Source: Octopus sinensis (lineage: Eukaryota). Taken from it: a DNA stretch of 64,000 nt. This document shows positions 62,910 to 64,000 of this stretch, piece by piece. Position 1 is the stretch's first letter, and the number at the start of each line of letters is the position of its first letter. A program made the translations under genes and the position numbers. The notes beneath the pieces were generated by a model. The model was not told the DNA's origin, searched no databases, and worked only from the letters and a program-made list of their open reading frames with translations. The DNA lies in NCBI RefSeq assembly GCF_006345805.1, contig NC_043009.1, positions 10,912,001 through 10,976,000 of the forward strand, in the 5' to 3' direction.

Positions 62910-63703
62910 GTGTGTGTGTGTCTGTGTGTGTGTGTGTATAATAAAAAGTTGGGTACGATCAGTACCTATTTGCTTGAAAGAGGATTTAAACCCTCACAAA
63001 GCACGCATCACTCACTATATGTAGACACGCACGGAGAATATAGCCAATACTTTTCTCCGAAACAGTCCTTCCACTTGTATGATACATAAAGTAAAATACA
63101 AATAAGATCATAGACATTCTGGTATCAATCGATTTCGCTTTCTCTGTTAAACCAACACTCAAAGCGCGTCAGCCAGACTTACTACATGAACTATTTAAAA
63201 ACACACGCAGAAAGCGAAATCAATTGAGATCAGAATGTCTATGATCTTATTTGTATCTCACAATATGTATCTTACAAGTGGGAGGACTGTTTCGGAGATA
63301 CATATTAGCTATATCTCTATGCGTGTTTACATATAGTAAGAGATGCGTGGTTTTGGAGGGTTTTAACTCCTCTTTCAAGCAAACAGGTAATTTTCGTAGC
63401 CTGACTTTTTATTATACACACACACACACACAACACATGTATACATGTATACTATATATAATATATATATATATATATATCTATATATATATATATATTA
63501 TATATATATATATATATTATATATATATACATAAATTTACATCTAATATAGGATAAACTTTTTCGAAAAAATTTTATCAATGGCCAGCATATTAAAGGTT
63601 AAATTTGTAAACAACTTATAAATAAGGGCAAAAAAAAAAATTCTAATGCCAAATATGCCGAAACTAGACTCATTGTCCATAAGTTGTATAGACATATATA
63701 TAC

Positions 63704-63762
<59 letters not shown>

Positions 63763-63772
63763 TACATACATA

Positions 63773-63817
<45 letters not shown>

Positions 63818-64000
63818 TACATACATATATATACACACACGCACATATATATATATGTATATATTTAAAATAGTGTACGCAAAATATATTTTGCGCATTT
63901 GAATAATGCTTGCTGGCCAATTTATCATTATTTTTATATTTAATGTTAAATTTGAATATATGTGCGTATATATATACACGTATTCGTGTATAAATATATA

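Overview
AT-rich, microsatellite-saturated animal DNA made almost entirely of interspersed repeats. The three tRNA-derived SINE families resemble those of octopus/cephalopod genomes (inference). I found no host protein-coding gene I can identify. Nearly all ORFs in the track are artefacts of (TA)n, (TATG)n, (TCTA)n or trinucleotide arrays, or are transposon relics. Recognisable relics: two R4/Dong-type RLE non-LTR fragments, an RTE RT fragment, Penelope-like element (PLE) GIY-YIG fragments, three Tc1/mariner relics, a non-autonomous Helitron and several MITEs. The most striking signal is about 15-20 minimal hammerhead-ribozyme (HHR) motifs, many in outward-facing fold-back (inverted) pairs. 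Several are unusual: (i) a G3-C8 swapped core inside a palindromic retroposon-like element with a fixed centre, a fixed 3' end, a variably truncated inverted arm and 11-14 bp target duplications; (ii) HHRs with a 49-55 nt loop II sharing ATTGATGTAA; (iii) a family with U at core position 6; (iv) a U3-A8 core. All ribozyme calls come from hand folding, and activity is untested.
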